A program made the translations under genes and the position numbers. DNA of 64,000 nt from an uncultured Chlorobiaceae bacterium (lineage in GTDB: Bacteria > Bacteroidota > Ignavibacteria > UBA10030 > SZUA-254): contig CAZAFL010000003.1 in assembly GCA_964484465.1 (NCBI GenBank), forward strand, positions 11,731 through 75,730. Reading direction: 5' to 3'. How positions within the stretch are numbered: the first letter of the stretch is position 1; each line of letters opens with the position of its first letter. Shown piece after piece: positions 47,919 to 58,368 of the stretch. Below the pieces are notes generated by a model, which saw nothing but the letters and a program-made list of their open reading frames with translations, did not search any database and was not told where the DNA came from.

Positions 47919-48394
47919 TGGGAAAAATTGTCGATGTGTTAACGCTAAAGAAAATCCGAACCGACTTGCGTCAGAACCGGAAGAAAGTTGTCTTTACCAA
48001 CGGCTGCTTCGATATTCTTCATCGCGGTCATGTTGAATATCTTCTCAATGCAAAAGCATTGGGAGATGTCTTGATTGTAGGAGTAAATTCCGATGGCTCA
48101 GTCCGTCGCATCAAAGGCGAAAAACGTCCCATCATTCTTCAGGACGACAGGGCGTTTATTGTCTCATGCCTTTCTCCCGTTGATTACGTTTGTCTCTTTG
48201 ATGATGATACACCCCTCCAACTCATCTCCGCTATAGTTCCGGACATCCTTGTCAAAGGCGAAGACTGGAACATCAACGACATTGTGGGTAAAGATGTTGT
48301 CGAACAAGCGGGGGGAAGGGTCGAAACAATTTCCTTCATACCTCACCGTTCCACATCGATCATCATCGAACGGATAGTCGACCGTTTCTCCTGA
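47918..48394 (+). CDS. hldC: D-glycero-beta-D-manno-heptose-1-phosphate adenylyltransferase (RfaE domain II)
   Basis: Cytidylyltransferase motif VFTNGCFDILHRGHVEYL. Start taken at MGKIVDV (ATG 47918). Confidence 0.7.
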   Translation: MGKIVDVLTLKKIRTDLRQNRKKVVFTNGCFDILHRGHVEYLLNAKALGDVLIVGVNSDGSVRRIKGEKRPIILQDDRAFIVSCLSPVDYVCLFDDDTPLQLISAIVPDILVKGEDWNINDIVGKDVVEQAGGRVETISFIPHRSTSIIIERIVDRFS

Positions 48395-48410
48395 TACTGA
48401 AGTCCTCCTT

Positions 48411-51400
48411 ATGACGAAACTCAAACGCATCTTGAAATTCTTCGGTTATGCGATTGGAGTTGTGCTCATATTGTTGATGCTGGTTGCCGGTTTTACTCAA
48501 ACAGGATTTTTTAAGGACCGTCTCCGTGTAATTCTTGTTTCACAACTTACCTCACACCTTAACGGATCGCTGGCGTTAGGCACGATACGGGGAAATTTTG
48601 TAACGGGTTTTGTCATTGACTCCGTTGCTGTGTATTACGGAGATGAACTGTTTCTCACCACCTCCAGAATCACATGCCAGTATGAGGCGATGTCGTTGGT
48701 AAAAAAATCCATCCATGTCAAAAATATCATTGTTGAACAGCCCCGGATATACTTGTTGAGAGCGAATAATGGAGAATGGAATTTTAAGAAGCTGTTGAAG
48801 CCTGTTGAAAAAACCAGCGAGGGTGGTCCTGTGCAGGCGGTTACTCTCGACAACCTCGAGCTCAAAAACGGGCTCGTCGCTGTGATGGATTCGACATCTC
48901 CTGTATCATCTCAAGACAAAAACCAGTCCGGACAATATATTGATTATCATCGTTTCACCGTGCGGGACCTCAATTTGAAACTCAGCGCGGCAATGACACA
49001 GAATGGCTACGTTGCTCACGTGACACATGCAAGTTTTTATTCTACACAGCCGAAATTCGAACTGACGCATTTCACAGGCACATTCATACTTAATAAAACT
49101 GAACTATCACTGAAGGATCTCGTTCTCCAGACAGGGCATTCTTACATGGAAATGGATGGTAAACTCGGTGGAAGCAATTTTCTGGAGTTACCGACCTTGC
49201 AGGGGCTGGTTAACGATTCGCTACTGCTTCATCTCACTGCAAGAAATCTCGACTTTGCCGAGCTCAAAAGCTTCATTCACCCTGTCTCATTTCTCGAGGG
49301 GTCTGCAATTGTGAACCTGGATGCCGCCGGTACATTCGGCGACTTCAGCATTCAGCGGCTGAACATTCAGACATACCGAAGTACTTTAAAAATAAGCGGA
49401 AGGGTTCAACATCTTCATCAACCGCGAAATTTATCCCTCGACGTCTATCTTGGAGACAGTAAAATCGACATGTCCGATCCGGTGAAGCTTTTGCCGACGT
49501 TCAACCTTCCGGATTTTAATGATTCCGGTGAGACATCACTCTACGCACACTACGTTGGGAAACCGCTTAATTTTAAATCAAATGTCTCTCTTCAGGGAAA
49601 ATTTGGAAAAGTTGAGCTCGACGGGCACCTGGACATTGAACATCATCTTCCTAAATATGATCTTTCGTTTAAGACGGAAAGACTCAATCTCATCCCTCTT
49701 ATTCGTCAACATCAGCTGCTCACCGGACTTTCGTCTACAGGTGAATTAAAAGGAGAAGGAACGTCGCTTGATAACATCGATGCACATCTCAAAATGACAA
49801 TCGATTCCGCAAAAACTCAGGATTTCACCATCGGGAATTCAGAGATCCAAATCACAGCATCGCCTCATATTCTTGAAGGGACCGCGCATCTCGCATCGGG
49901 AAAAACAAAAGTCCACCTTGCTTCGAACGTCGATTTCTCCGACGCTCAGAGCCCAAAGTTTACGTCTGACATTACGATGTCATCATTCGACCTGTCAAAA
50001 ATCCTCATGGATCAGAAGTACAATACCGACCTTAACCTCGAGGCAAAGGTATCCGGTTCCGGAAGGAATATCGATAATCTCAACGGTAACATGGAGATTT
50101 CCCTTTTTCAATCGACGATCCGGCAATATGAATTCTCTCCCGAAACAATTACGCTTTCAGTGAATCAGCGAGACGTCAGCAACAAGCGTATACAGTTCCA
50201 GTCATCGATTGCTGATATCGACCTCCGGGGAAAATTCGATCTCGACGTTGCCGAATTAACCCTCCGGCAGCAACTTACAACCCTCATCCATGCGATTGTG
50301 AAACACGCGTCATTGGGGGATACGATACAGATTGCAAACGAAAAAAACGCAAAAAAAATCCTGCAGCACCCGTTGGAGGAGCGACAGCTGGATTTTCAAT
50401 ATTCTTTCAACTTTAAAGACCTCGAACCGATCTCCGGTATCATCAACGAGACCCCATTCAACATGCAATGTCAATTCGGGGGACATGTTCAGGGGAATGA
50501 ACAATTGCTCTCGATGGACGGCAAGGGTACAATTGATGAACTATATATCGGTTCGATCCAAAAAGGCCTTCTTGTGCGGGGAGGGACGGTAGAGGTTCAC
50601 GTACGCGACATCTCCCCCGAACAGACTTTGCAACAATTGTCGGCAAGAGTAGACCTGACAATGCAATCATGCATCACGAAATCACTTACGTTTGACAGCG
50701 TTCAAGCGATGGTACGATATCAAAATAACAAGAACACCTTTTCGTTCAGCAGTATACTCGATTCCACATACGCGGTTTCGCTCACCGGGAATTCAGCTAC
50801 ACAACCACGGACATACGCGGTCGATTTTGATAAAATTGCAATTGCATTCGGCCCGTATCTCTGGACGAATGAAGACGATGTTCAGCTTCGCATCAACAAA
50901 GACGGCGTGAGAATCATGCACGCACTCATGAAACATGATTCCGAATCTGTCTCTCTCATGGGGCTCGTAGCGGATACAGGGTCTTCCGATCTTACGGTAG
51001 CGCTCAGAAAATTTCCCCTCAAAGTCCTGCACACGCTTATCAGAGGTGCAAAATCCACGCGACGGACCCAGGACCTTGACGGGGTGGTTTCTGCCGATGC
51101 GCATATCGGCGGATCAATAACCTCCCCAATCATTAACCTCCGGGCGGTTGCCGACGGGATAATGTACCGGAAAAGTTCTATTGGGAGTGCAACGGCGAGA
51201 GTCGAATATGCCGAAAAACTGGCGACAGTCGACCTGACTATTAAGCCTTCCACAACCGATTCGCTCACCGGCCTCATCATTAAGGGAAGGATCCCTATTG
51301 ACCTCGCTTTGTCCGGAGTTCAGGAGCGATTTCCGGATCAGGAACAACATATCCGTATCTATTCGGAACACTTCAATATGAATGTGCTTGAACCTTTCTT

Positions 51401-52928
51401 GCCGGAGTTCGAAAACCTTACCGGAAATATTGTTTGCGACATGACAATCACCGGGACTCCGCAACGTCCGCAGTACCTTGGTTCATTGTCTATTACTGAT
51501 GCCCGTTTTATTTTTGTGCCGAATAATGTTTCATACACCGTTGCCGGTACATTTGAGCCATCAGGAGACAGTATAACGCTGAAAAACTTCTTCATCCGCA
51601 ATGTCCCCGAAGACCGGGTAAACGGCGAAGCTCGTGTTACGGGCGGCATCACGATAAGAGACTTCCGGATTCATAATTTTAACCTGTGGCTGTACGGTCA
51701 ATTATTATTTATGAATGATGCCACCAGAAAGCCTATTCCGACAATGTATGGCCCTCTATTTGCCGCAATGGGCCCCGATGGGCTTCATCTCACTGGAACA
51801 TTCGACCGCCCCTTTCTTTCCGGAAACCTGTTTGTCCGGGATGCCAATCTCACGTTTCCACCGACCAAAGAAGGGTTGGGCGGTCGGTCCGGCGTCAAAC
51901 TCGTCTACATCGTTGTCGATGATACGTCAAAACCAAAACAGGGTCAATCTCCTTTTAGCGAACGCTTTTATGCTCTGCATGACACTGTTACTCAGGTTGT
52001 TGTAAAACAACGAGCCCCGTCAGACCTATCCTTGATCGACCGGCTGCGGTACGACGTGAATATCGAAACACAGGGCCCCACAAGAATTCGCATGATATTT
52101 ACTCCAAGTACGAACGAAGAGCTTTATGCGGAACTCGAAGGAAAAGTCAACGCCATCAATTACACAGGCACACCTAATATTTATGGAGAAATTACTATCT
52201 CCCCCAATTCATACTACAATTTTTTCAAGAAATTTGATGCTACGGGAACGTTGAAATTTACAGGACAATGGGACAACCCGGAACTCGACATCAAAGCAAC
52301 CTATGAAGGCGTGGCCATTCGGGATACTGCCGAACAGAAAGTGATTGTCGACCTTAGCATTACTGGCAAACGCTACGAACCAAAACTTGAAATGGGTATG
52401 AAAGTCCAGCTGGAACAAGGAAGAGATCCCGTTGATTGGGCAACGCAAGCCAAGGGAGGAGACGTGCAATCGGATGCCATCTCATTTATCCTGACCGGGA
52501 AATTCCGTGATGAGCTGACAACAAGAGATAGAGAAAACATTGTTTCCAACGTCGGCTCCGCAGCCGGCACCTCGGCAGTGTCAGGGCTTACATCGACATA
52601 TCTTTCGGGGATGTTGACCGACTTTCTCAGAAAAGAATTTTCCTTCATTCGCAGCGCCGAAGTAACGTACGGAGGCGGGAATTTGCAGGGATCTGCCGAC
52701 CTTCGCTTGAGCGGGGAGGCATTCAAAGGATACTGGAAATTTGGCGGAAGAATATTTAACGACATCGGGAACGCAAACGTCAACTATCAGGTCAGCCTCG
52801 GCGATGTGTTCAACACTGCAACTATCCGCAACCTGTTCATCGAACTCGAGCGCAAAGTTGAAGGCAGTGAATATGAGGAAAAAAAACTTACCAACGCGGC
52901 GCGCATCTATTATCGAATCTCTTTTTGA
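48411..52928 (+). CDS. tamB: TamB/AsmA-family translocation and assembly module protein
   Basis: N-terminal signal-anchor (IGVVLILLMLVAGF), 1505 aa of beta-rich repeats, and a C-terminal DUF490-like region. Confidence 0.65.
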   Translation: MTKLKRILKFFGYAIGVVLILLMLVAGFTQTGFFKDRLRVILVSQLTSHLNGSLALGTIRGNFVTGFVIDSVAVYYGDELFLTTSRITCQYEAMSLVKKSIHVKNIIVEQPRIYLLRANNGEWNFKKLLKPVEKTSEGGPVQAVTLDNLELKNGLVAVMDSTSPVSSQDKNQSGQYIDYHRFTVRDLNLKLSAAMTQNGYVAHVTHASFYSTQPKFELTHFTGTFILNKTELSLKDLVLQTGHSYMEMDGKLGGSNFLELPTLQGLVNDSLLLHLTARNLDFAELKSFIHPVSFLEGSAIVNLDAAGTFGDFSIQRLNIQTYRSTLKISGRVQHLHQPRNLSLDVYLGDSKIDMSDPVKLLPTFNLPDFNDSGETSLYAHYVGKPLNFKSNVSLQGKFGKVELDGHLDIEHHLPKYDLSFKTERLNLIPLIRQHQLLTGLSSTGELKGEGTSLDNIDAHLKMTIDSAKTQDFTIGNSEIQITASPHILEGTAHLASGKTKVHLASNVDFSDAQSPKFTSDITMSSFDLSKILMDQKYNTDLNLEAKVSGSGRNIDNLNGNMEISLFQSTIRQYEFSPETITLSVNQRDVSNKRIQFQSSIADIDLRGKFDLDVAELTLRQQLTTLIHAIVKHASLGDTIQIANEKNAKKILQHPLEERQLDFQYSFNFKDLEPISGIINETPFNMQCQFGGHVQGNEQLLSMDGKGTIDELYIGSIQKGLLVRGGTVEVHVRDISPEQTLQQLSARVDLTMQSCITKSLTFDSVQAMVRYQNNKNTFSFSSILDSTYAVSLTGNSATQPRTYAVDFDKIAIAFGPYLWTNEDDVQLRINKDGVRIMHALMKHDSESVSLMGLVADTGSSDLTVALRKFPLKVLHTLIRGAKSTRRTQDLDGVVSADAHIGGSITSPIINLRAVADGIMYRKSSIGSATARVEYAEKLATVDLTIKPSTTDSLTGLIIKGRIPIDLALSGVQERFPDQEQHIRIYSEHFNMNVLEPFLPEFENLTGNIVCDMTITGTPQRPQYLGSLSITDARFIFVPNNVSYTVAGTFEPSGDSITLKNFFIRNVPEDRVNGEARVTGGITIRDFRIHNFNLWLYGQLLFMNDATRKPIPTMYGPLFAAMGPDGLHLTGTFDRPFLSGNLFVRDANLTFPPTKEGLGGRSGVKLVYIVVDDTSKPKQGQSPFSERFYALHDTVTQVVVKQRAPSDLSLIDRLRYDVNIETQGPTRIRMIFTPSTNEELYAELEGKVNAINYTGTPNIYGEITISPNSYYNFFKKFDATGTLKFTGQWDNPELDIKATYEGVAIRDTAEQKVIVDLSITGKRYEPKLEMGMKVQLEQGRDPVDWATQAKGGDVQSDAISFILTGKFRDELTTRDRENIVSNVGSAAGTSAVSGLTSTYLSGMLTDFLRKEFSFIRSAEVTYGGGNLQGSADLRLSGEAFKGYWKFGGRIFNDIGNANVNYQVSLGDVFNTATIRNLFIELERKVEGSEYEEKKLTNAARIYYRISF

Positions 52929-55091
52929 ATGACCACAGGGAACAACCCCCAACAACTGAAGGACCGCATCCTTCGACTGTTCGCAAAATATCCTCAACAG
53001 TACTTTAAACCGAAAGAGATAGCGCACAGATTGGCAATCAGGGGTGAGGATGAGTATCGAAACATCCTGAAAGCGCTGCATGAACTCCTCCAAGAACAGC
53101 TTATCAGCCGCGCCCGACGGAAGCGCTATGGCCACGGTCAACCGCCGCCGGGTGCGCGGAGACTCACAGGCGTACTCTCCCTGACGAAACAGGGTCATGG
53201 TTTCATCGACCTTTCCCCTCCGGACGAAGGGAGGGTTTTGATCCCGGCAAGATTCCTCAGCAACGCACTGGACGGTGACACGGTCACGGTTGTGCTCTTC
53301 GCACAACGCTCCCCAGCCGATGAGGAGGGAACAGAGCATATTCTTCCTGAGGGTGAAGTCGTGGAAGTGGTGAAAAGAAGTAATAAACCAATTATCGGTA
53401 CGTTTGGAAAAAGCAGTCATTTTTTCTTTGTAACACCCGATGAAACTCGAATCGGGCGTGACATCTATATCGCCAGGGGAAAAACACTCGGTGCTCGCCC
53501 GGGCCAAAAAGTGGTCGCCCTTCTTGACGGCTGGATCTCACGCCATCTGAATCCCGAAGGGCACATCATTGAAGTGCTTGGCAAGGCAGGTGAAGTCCGC
53601 GCAGAGATGGCCTCTGTTGCGCGGCAATTCCGATTGCCACTCCGGTTCCCGAAAGAGGTGGTATCGGACGCGGAGAACATACCTGAATCAATCCCCAAGG
53701 ATGAAATTAAAAAAAGACTCGATCTGCGGAAATCGGTCTGCTTTACAATCGACCCTGAGGATGCAAAAGATTTTGATGATGCCGTCTCTCTCGAAATCCT
53801 CCCCGATGGAAATTGCCTTCTCGGTGTTCACATCGCCGATGTCAGCTATTACGTCGGCGAAGCGTCTTCCCTCGACAACGAAGCGTTCACGAGAGGAACG
53901 AGCGTGTATCTGGCAGACGAAGTCATTCCCATGTTACCGGAAAAATTATCGAACAGTGTCTGCAGCCTCCGTCCTCACGAAGACCGGCTTACGTATTCCG
54001 TTGTGATGAATATTTCTCCGCAGGGTACCGTCAAAGAATATCGGATAGCAAAAAGTATTATCCACAGCAAGCGAAGGTTTTCGTATGAAGAAGTCCAAAA
54101 AATTATTGAAACCGGTAAAGGCGAATTTTCCGAACCTATTGCGGCGATGCACGCATTGAGTAAAATCCTTCTGAAGAAACGCATGAAGGAAGGAAGCATC
54201 GATTTTGAATCTGTGGAGACAAAGTTTCGATTCGATGAGAATGGGAAACCGTCAGCGATCATAAAAAAAGTCAGATTGGACGCTCATCGGCTTGTAGAAG
54301 AATTTATGCTGCTTGCGAACCAGGTCGTGGCAAAACATATAGGTCTTTCAAAAAAGGATGGAAATAGTAGTCCATTCGTTTATCGGGTTCACGACCTCCC
54401 TGACCCCGAAAAACTCCGCGACCTTGCTTCCTTTGTCGAACACCTCGGCTATTCCTTGCATGCGGGCAAGGGGGTCACATCCCGCGCAATACAAACACTG
54501 CTCAATAGCATTAAAGGAAAAGAAGAAGAAAATGTTATCAATGAAGTTGCGATCCGTTCGATGGCAAAAGCCGTTTACTCGGAAAAAAACATAGGTCATT
54601 TTGGATTGGGCTTCAAATACTATACGCACTTCACATCTCCAATCCGCCGGTATCCCGACCTGATCGTTCACCGGTTGCTTTGGGAGTATGACCACAACAT
54701 GGCTCACAGACGGCGAGAGCAGATTGCCGCAAAATTGCCGGATATGTGTAAACACTCATCTGAAATGGAACGAAATGCAATGGAAGCTGAGCGCGCTTCG
54801 GTGAAGGTCATGCAGGTCGAATATATGAAACGGCATGTTGGAGATGAATTCCATGCTATCATTTCCGGCGTTACAAATTTTGGAATATTTGTCGAAATCA
54901 CCGACACGCTTGTTGAAGGCCTCATCCATGTGCGTGATTTGGAAGACGACTTTTATGTCTACGACGAAAAAAAATACTCACTCATCGGTAAGCGCACAAA
55001 AAAACGTTATCGCCTCGGCGATAAAGTAACGGTGCAGGTCGTGCGCGTCGATCCCGAAGAGCGCGAGATCGATTTCGCACTTGTGGAATAA
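52929..55091 (+). CDS. rnr: Ribonuclease R
   Basis: Cold-shock/OB N-terminus; RNB catalytic domain (CFTIDPEDAKDFDDAVSLE..); C-terminal S1 domain (HAIISGVTNFGIFVEI). Confidence 0.8.
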   Translation: MTTGNNPQQLKDRILRLFAKYPQQYFKPKEIAHRLAIRGEDEYRNILKALHELLQEQLISRARRKRYGHGQPPPGARRLTGVLSLTKQGHGFIDLSPPDEGRVLIPARFLSNALDGDTVTVVLFAQRSPADEEGTEHILPEGEVVEVVKRSNKPIIGTFGKSSHFFFVTPDETRIGRDIYIARGKTLGARPGQKVVALLDGWISRHLNPEGHIIEVLGKAGEVRAEMASVARQFRLPLRFPKEVVSDAENIPESIPKDEIKKRLDLRKSVCFTIDPEDAKDFDDAVSLEILPDGNCLLGVHIADVSYYVGEASSLDNEAFTRGTSVYLADEVIPMLPEKLSNSVCSLRPHEDRLTYSVVMNISPQGTVKEYRIAKSIIHSKRRFSYEEVQKIIETGKGEFSEPIAAMHALSKILLKKRMKEGSIDFESVETKFRFDENGKPSAIIKKVRLDAHRLVEEFMLLANQVVAKHIGLSKKDGNSSPFVYRVHDLPDPEKLRDLASFVEHLGYSLHAGKGVTSRAIQTLLNSIKGKEEENVINEVAIRSMAKAVYSEKNIGHFGLGFKYYTHFTSPIRRYPDLIVHRLLWEYDHNMAHRRREQIAAKLPDMCKHSSEMERNAMEAERASVKVMQVEYMKRHVGDEFHAIISGVTNFGIFVEITDTLVEGLIHVRDLEDDFYVYDEKKYSLIGKRTKKRYRLGDKVTVQVVRVDPEEREIDFALVE

Positions 55092-55127
55092 TAATCAATC
55101 TTATCGGATTAACATTTCATTCTGGCC

Positions 55128-55781
55128 GTGGAATTTCTTACAAAGGTATTCGATTTCGCCCTCCACATTGATGTCCATCTTCATGAGCTCATTGTTACCT
55201 ACGGGTTGTGGACGTATGCGATTCTATTCATCATTATTTTTTGTGAAACCGGACTCGTGGTCTTTCCTTTTTTACCCGGCGATTCCCTCCTTTTTGCTGC
55301 GGGAGCATTTGCGGCAACCGGAACGCTGGACCCCATCTGGCTCTTTATTTTGCTATCTGTGGCAGCTATCACGGGCAATATTGTTAATTACTGGATAGGA
55401 TATTATGTTGGACCAACGGTATTACAGAAAAATAACATCCGGTTTTTGCGCAAGGAATATCTTGACCGTACTCATAAATTTTTTGAGAAACATGGGGGGA
55501 AGACAATCGTGTTTGCGAGATTCATTCCGATCATCCGAACCTTTGCTCCCTTCGTGGCAGGCGTTGGGTTTATGACATATGGCCGGTTCATGCTGTACAA
55601 TATTGTTGCAGGCATCGGTTGGGTCGGAATGTTTGTCGCCGGCGGATATTTCTTTGGAAACCTTCCATCCGTCAAAGAGCATTTCACACTCGTGATTGTC
55701 GCAATTATCGTCATCTCCACGCTCCCCCCGATCATTGAGTTTGTCCGCGGCCAGTTTCGTTCAAACACCTCCGGAGAGTAA
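55128..55781 (+). CDS. DedA-family membrane protein
   Basis: DedA/SNARE-associated signature FIIIFCETGLVVFPFLPGDSLLFAAG...GKTIVFARFIPIIRTF. Confidence 0.75.
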   Translation: MEFLTKVFDFALHIDVHLHELIVTYGLWTYAILFIIIFCETGLVVFPFLPGDSLLFAAGAFAATGTLDPIWLFILLSVAAITGNIVNYWIGYYVGPTVLQKNNIRFLRKEYLDRTHKFFEKHGGKTIVFARFIPIIRTFAPFVAGVGFMTYGRFMLYNIVAGIGWVGMFVAGGYFFGNLPSVKEHFTLVIVAIIVISTLPPIIEFVRGQFRSNTSGE

Positions 55782-55828
55782 TTCATGCCCGGTTTCTGTT
55801 CTTGCCATTTTTTGCTATATTGCGCCGC

Positions 55829-56686
55829 ATGAGAACAATACCAATACTATGTGCTGTTGCTATCCTCCTAACTGGGTGTATTCATACAATTGCGATCAAC
55901 ACCATCGGTGGAATTCTCGACAACGGGTTTGATGTTATTAACGAAGAACAGGATCTTGATATTGCGGAGAAAAGTATCGCGTCAAATCTAAAATTATTGG
56001 AAGCGCTTATAAAAAGCGACCCCGGAAATGAACATTTTCTCCTCATGGCGTCCGAAGGGTATTCGAGTTATTCCCTCGGTTTTGTTGAAGACGACAGCAT
56101 CGAGCGGGCAAAACTGTTTTACCTGCGTGGGAAAGAATACGGCTTGAGAGTCCTAAAACAACATAAGCAATTCGCAGATGCTCTTGACGGATCCATCAAC
56201 GAATTTCAGCTTGCACTGGCACAATTGACAAAGGAGGATGTTCCGGCAGTATTCTGGACTGCGGTCGGCTGGGGAAGCTACTCAGGCCTGAGTCTTACAG
56301 ACCCCGGCGCTATCGCGGACATCCCTAAAATTGAAGCGATGATGAAGTTTGTGATGGAAGAAGATTCAACCTATTTTCACGGCGGCGCACTTTTTTTTCT
56401 TGGTGCATTATATGGCGGCAGGACGAAAATTCTCGGTGGCGAACCGGAACGGTCCCACGACCTCTTTGACAGATGCCTGAAAATCAATCAGGGTAAATTT
56501 TTGATGACCTATTACTACTACGCACGTTCATACTCAATCCAAACACAGAACCGGGAACTGTTTAAGCAGTGCTTGTCGGCAATCGATGCAGCTTCTCTCA
56601 ACGTTCTTCCGGAATCCAGACTTTCGAATGCAATTGCAAAAAGGAAGAGTCATCTCCTGAGAGAAAAAATCGATAGTTTATTCTGA
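55829..56686 (+). CDS. TPR-like lipoprotein, TatT-type (T-component of TPAT TRAP systems)
   Basis: Lipobox LLTGC, a helical TPR-like body, and position immediately upstream of a DctP-type binding protein. Family assignment is from memory. Confidence 0.45.
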   Translation: MRTIPILCAVAILLTGCIHTIAINTIGGILDNGFDVINEEQDLDIAEKSIASNLKLLEALIKSDPGNEHFLLMASEGYSSYSLGFVEDDSIERAKLFYLRGKEYGLRVLKQHKQFADALDGSINEFQLALAQLTKEDVPAVFWTAVGWGSYSGLSLTDPGAIADIPKIEAMMKFVMEEDSTYFHGGALFFLGALYGGRTKILGGEPERSHDLFDRCLKINQGKFLMTYYYYARSYSIQTQNRELFKQCLSAIDAASLNVLPESRLSNAIAKRKSHLLREKIDSLF

Positions 56687-56734
56687 CATGTGTACACAGA
56701 CACAATTATACGATAGAATACGGAAGGATAACGA

Positions 56735-57733
56735 TTGAAAAACATTCTGCTATGCCTGCTGATAGCAGCGACTCATATGTATGCCCAACAATACACCATC
56801 AAGTTTGCGACACTGGCGCCCGAAGGGAGTACGTGGATACAGGTGATGAAGGAATATGACCAGGCAATCCGGAAAGAAAGTGGAGGAAGACTCGGCTTCA
56901 AAATCTATCCGGGCGGCGTTCAGGGAGACGAAAAAGATGTTCTTCGTAAAATCAAGCTCGGACAGCTGCAGAGCGCGGGAGTGACGGGCAACGGACTGAC
57001 AACAATTGCGCCAAGAGCCCGCATTCTCGATTCCCCGTTCCTTTTCAAATCATATGGTGAAGTCGATTATGTGTATAAGAATTTTGAAAAAGAATTCAAC
57101 CAGGCATTCGAAGAAAATGGTTTTATCAACCTCGGATGGTCCGAAGTCGGATTCGTGTATGTTTTTACAAACACTCCGGTAAAAACGCAGGCGGACTTGA
57201 AAAAGGTGAAAATGTGGATGTGGGAAGGAGACCCCGTCGCAGAGGCAACATTCAGGGCGTTGGATATCCACCCGATTCCGCTTTCGATTGCCGATGTGCT
57301 GACGTCACTTCAGACAAAACTTATCGACGGCGTATACACCACACCACTCGCTGCATTAGGATACCAGTGGTTTACTCGCGTGAAATATATGCTGAATATA
57401 CCTCTTGCTGATGCAGCCGGTGCTATTGTTATTTCAAAGAAAAAATTTGACGAACTTCCCACCGACCTTCAGGAGATTCTCCTCAGGAACGGCAAACATT
57501 ACATGCGCAAACTTACAGAGCTCATCCGTAAAGATACATCAATTGAAACATTGAAGAAAAATGGAGTCACCGTGATCGAACCGCCTTCCCGGGAAGAACT
57601 TGCAAGATACGACGACGTGGGAAAGCGGGGAAGGCGTCTTCTTGCAGGAAAGCTCTATAGTGAGGACCTATTGAACCGGGTTGAAAAGGCAATCGCCGAT
57701 TATCGAACGACCAACGGCAAAGAATCCAAATAA
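56735..57733 (+). CDS. TRAP-transporter DctP-type periplasmic solute-binding protein (TatP(T)-like)
   Basis: Signal peptide and DctP-family length and motifs (..KFATLAPEGSTW..GGRLGFKIYPGG..). Confidence 0.65.
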   Translation: MKNILLCLLIAATHMYAQQYTIKFATLAPEGSTWIQVMKEYDQAIRKESGGRLGFKIYPGGVQGDEKDVLRKIKLGQLQSAGVTGNGLTTIAPRARILDSPFLFKSYGEVDYVYKNFEKEFNQAFEENGFINLGWSEVGFVYVFTNTPVKTQADLKKVKMWMWEGDPVAEATFRALDIHPIPLSIADVLTSLQTKLIDGVYTTPLAALGYQWFTRVKYMLNIPLADAAGAIVISKKKFDELPTDLQEILLRNGKHYMRKLTELIRKDTSIETLKKNGVTVIEPPSREELARYDDVGKRGRRLLAGKLYSEDLLNRVEKAIADYRTTNGKESK

Positions 57734-57784
57734 CCTTCTTCAACAAACTATCCATGTCGATAGAACATTTCAGGAGATGAGAGA

Positions 57785-58312
57785 ATGAAAAAAAAATTGT
57801 TACTCCTTACACTTGTTTTTTGTTTGACTGTTGCAATTCATGCACAGGAAGGTCACCTCATCCCAAACCCGGTCAGGAAAATCCCGAAATGGGTGAGAAC
57901 GGTTTTCACTTCTCAGCAACTCGATAACCGTTACCAGATCACGTATCAACTTTATCCTCCCTCTCTTAATGGAGATTTTAACGGAGACCATAAAAAAGAT
58001 TGTGCGATTCTCGTTCAGGAAAAATCGAGCGGGAAATTCGGCATCGCTGTCATTCATGGAAAAGAAGCCCAGGCATTCAAAAACCGCATCATCGTCCTTG
58101 GCGCCGGCAACGCGTTCAGCACTCTCGGTGATGATTTAAAATGGATGAAACTTTGGAGTACTTTTAGCCCGCGGAAGCCCGCTCAGGGAAGCGAACAATT
58201 GAAACATCCTCAATTGGAAGGAACCGCCATCAGAGTGCAGTCGACAGATGGCGGCAGCGGCCTTGTGTATTGGGACGGGAAAAAATATGCATGGTATTCA
58301 CTGCGCCGATGA
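57785..58312 (+). CDS. Hypothetical secreted protein
   Basis: Signal peptide MKKKLLLLTLVFCLTVAIHAQ. No recognisable motifs. Confidence 0.5.
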   Translation: MKKKLLLLTLVFCLTVAIHAQEGHLIPNPVRKIPKWVRTVFTSQQLDNRYQITYQLYPPSLNGDFNGDHKKDCAILVQEKSSGKFGIAVIHGKEAQAFKNRIIVLGAGNAFSTLGDDLKWMKLWSTFSPRKPAQGSEQLKHPQLEGTAIRVQSTDGGSGLVYWDGKKYAWYSLRR

Positions 58313-58368
58313 AAATGTGTTGATTCATAACCTCCAAACCCTTTTGGGTCTTCTATTTACTCCACCGA

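Noticed and set aside
48411-52928. Possible mobile or defence element because of the very large ORF size
   Set aside because: The N-terminal signal anchor and AsmA/TamB-like architecture explain it. No transposase, integrase or RT motifs were seen anywhere in the window.
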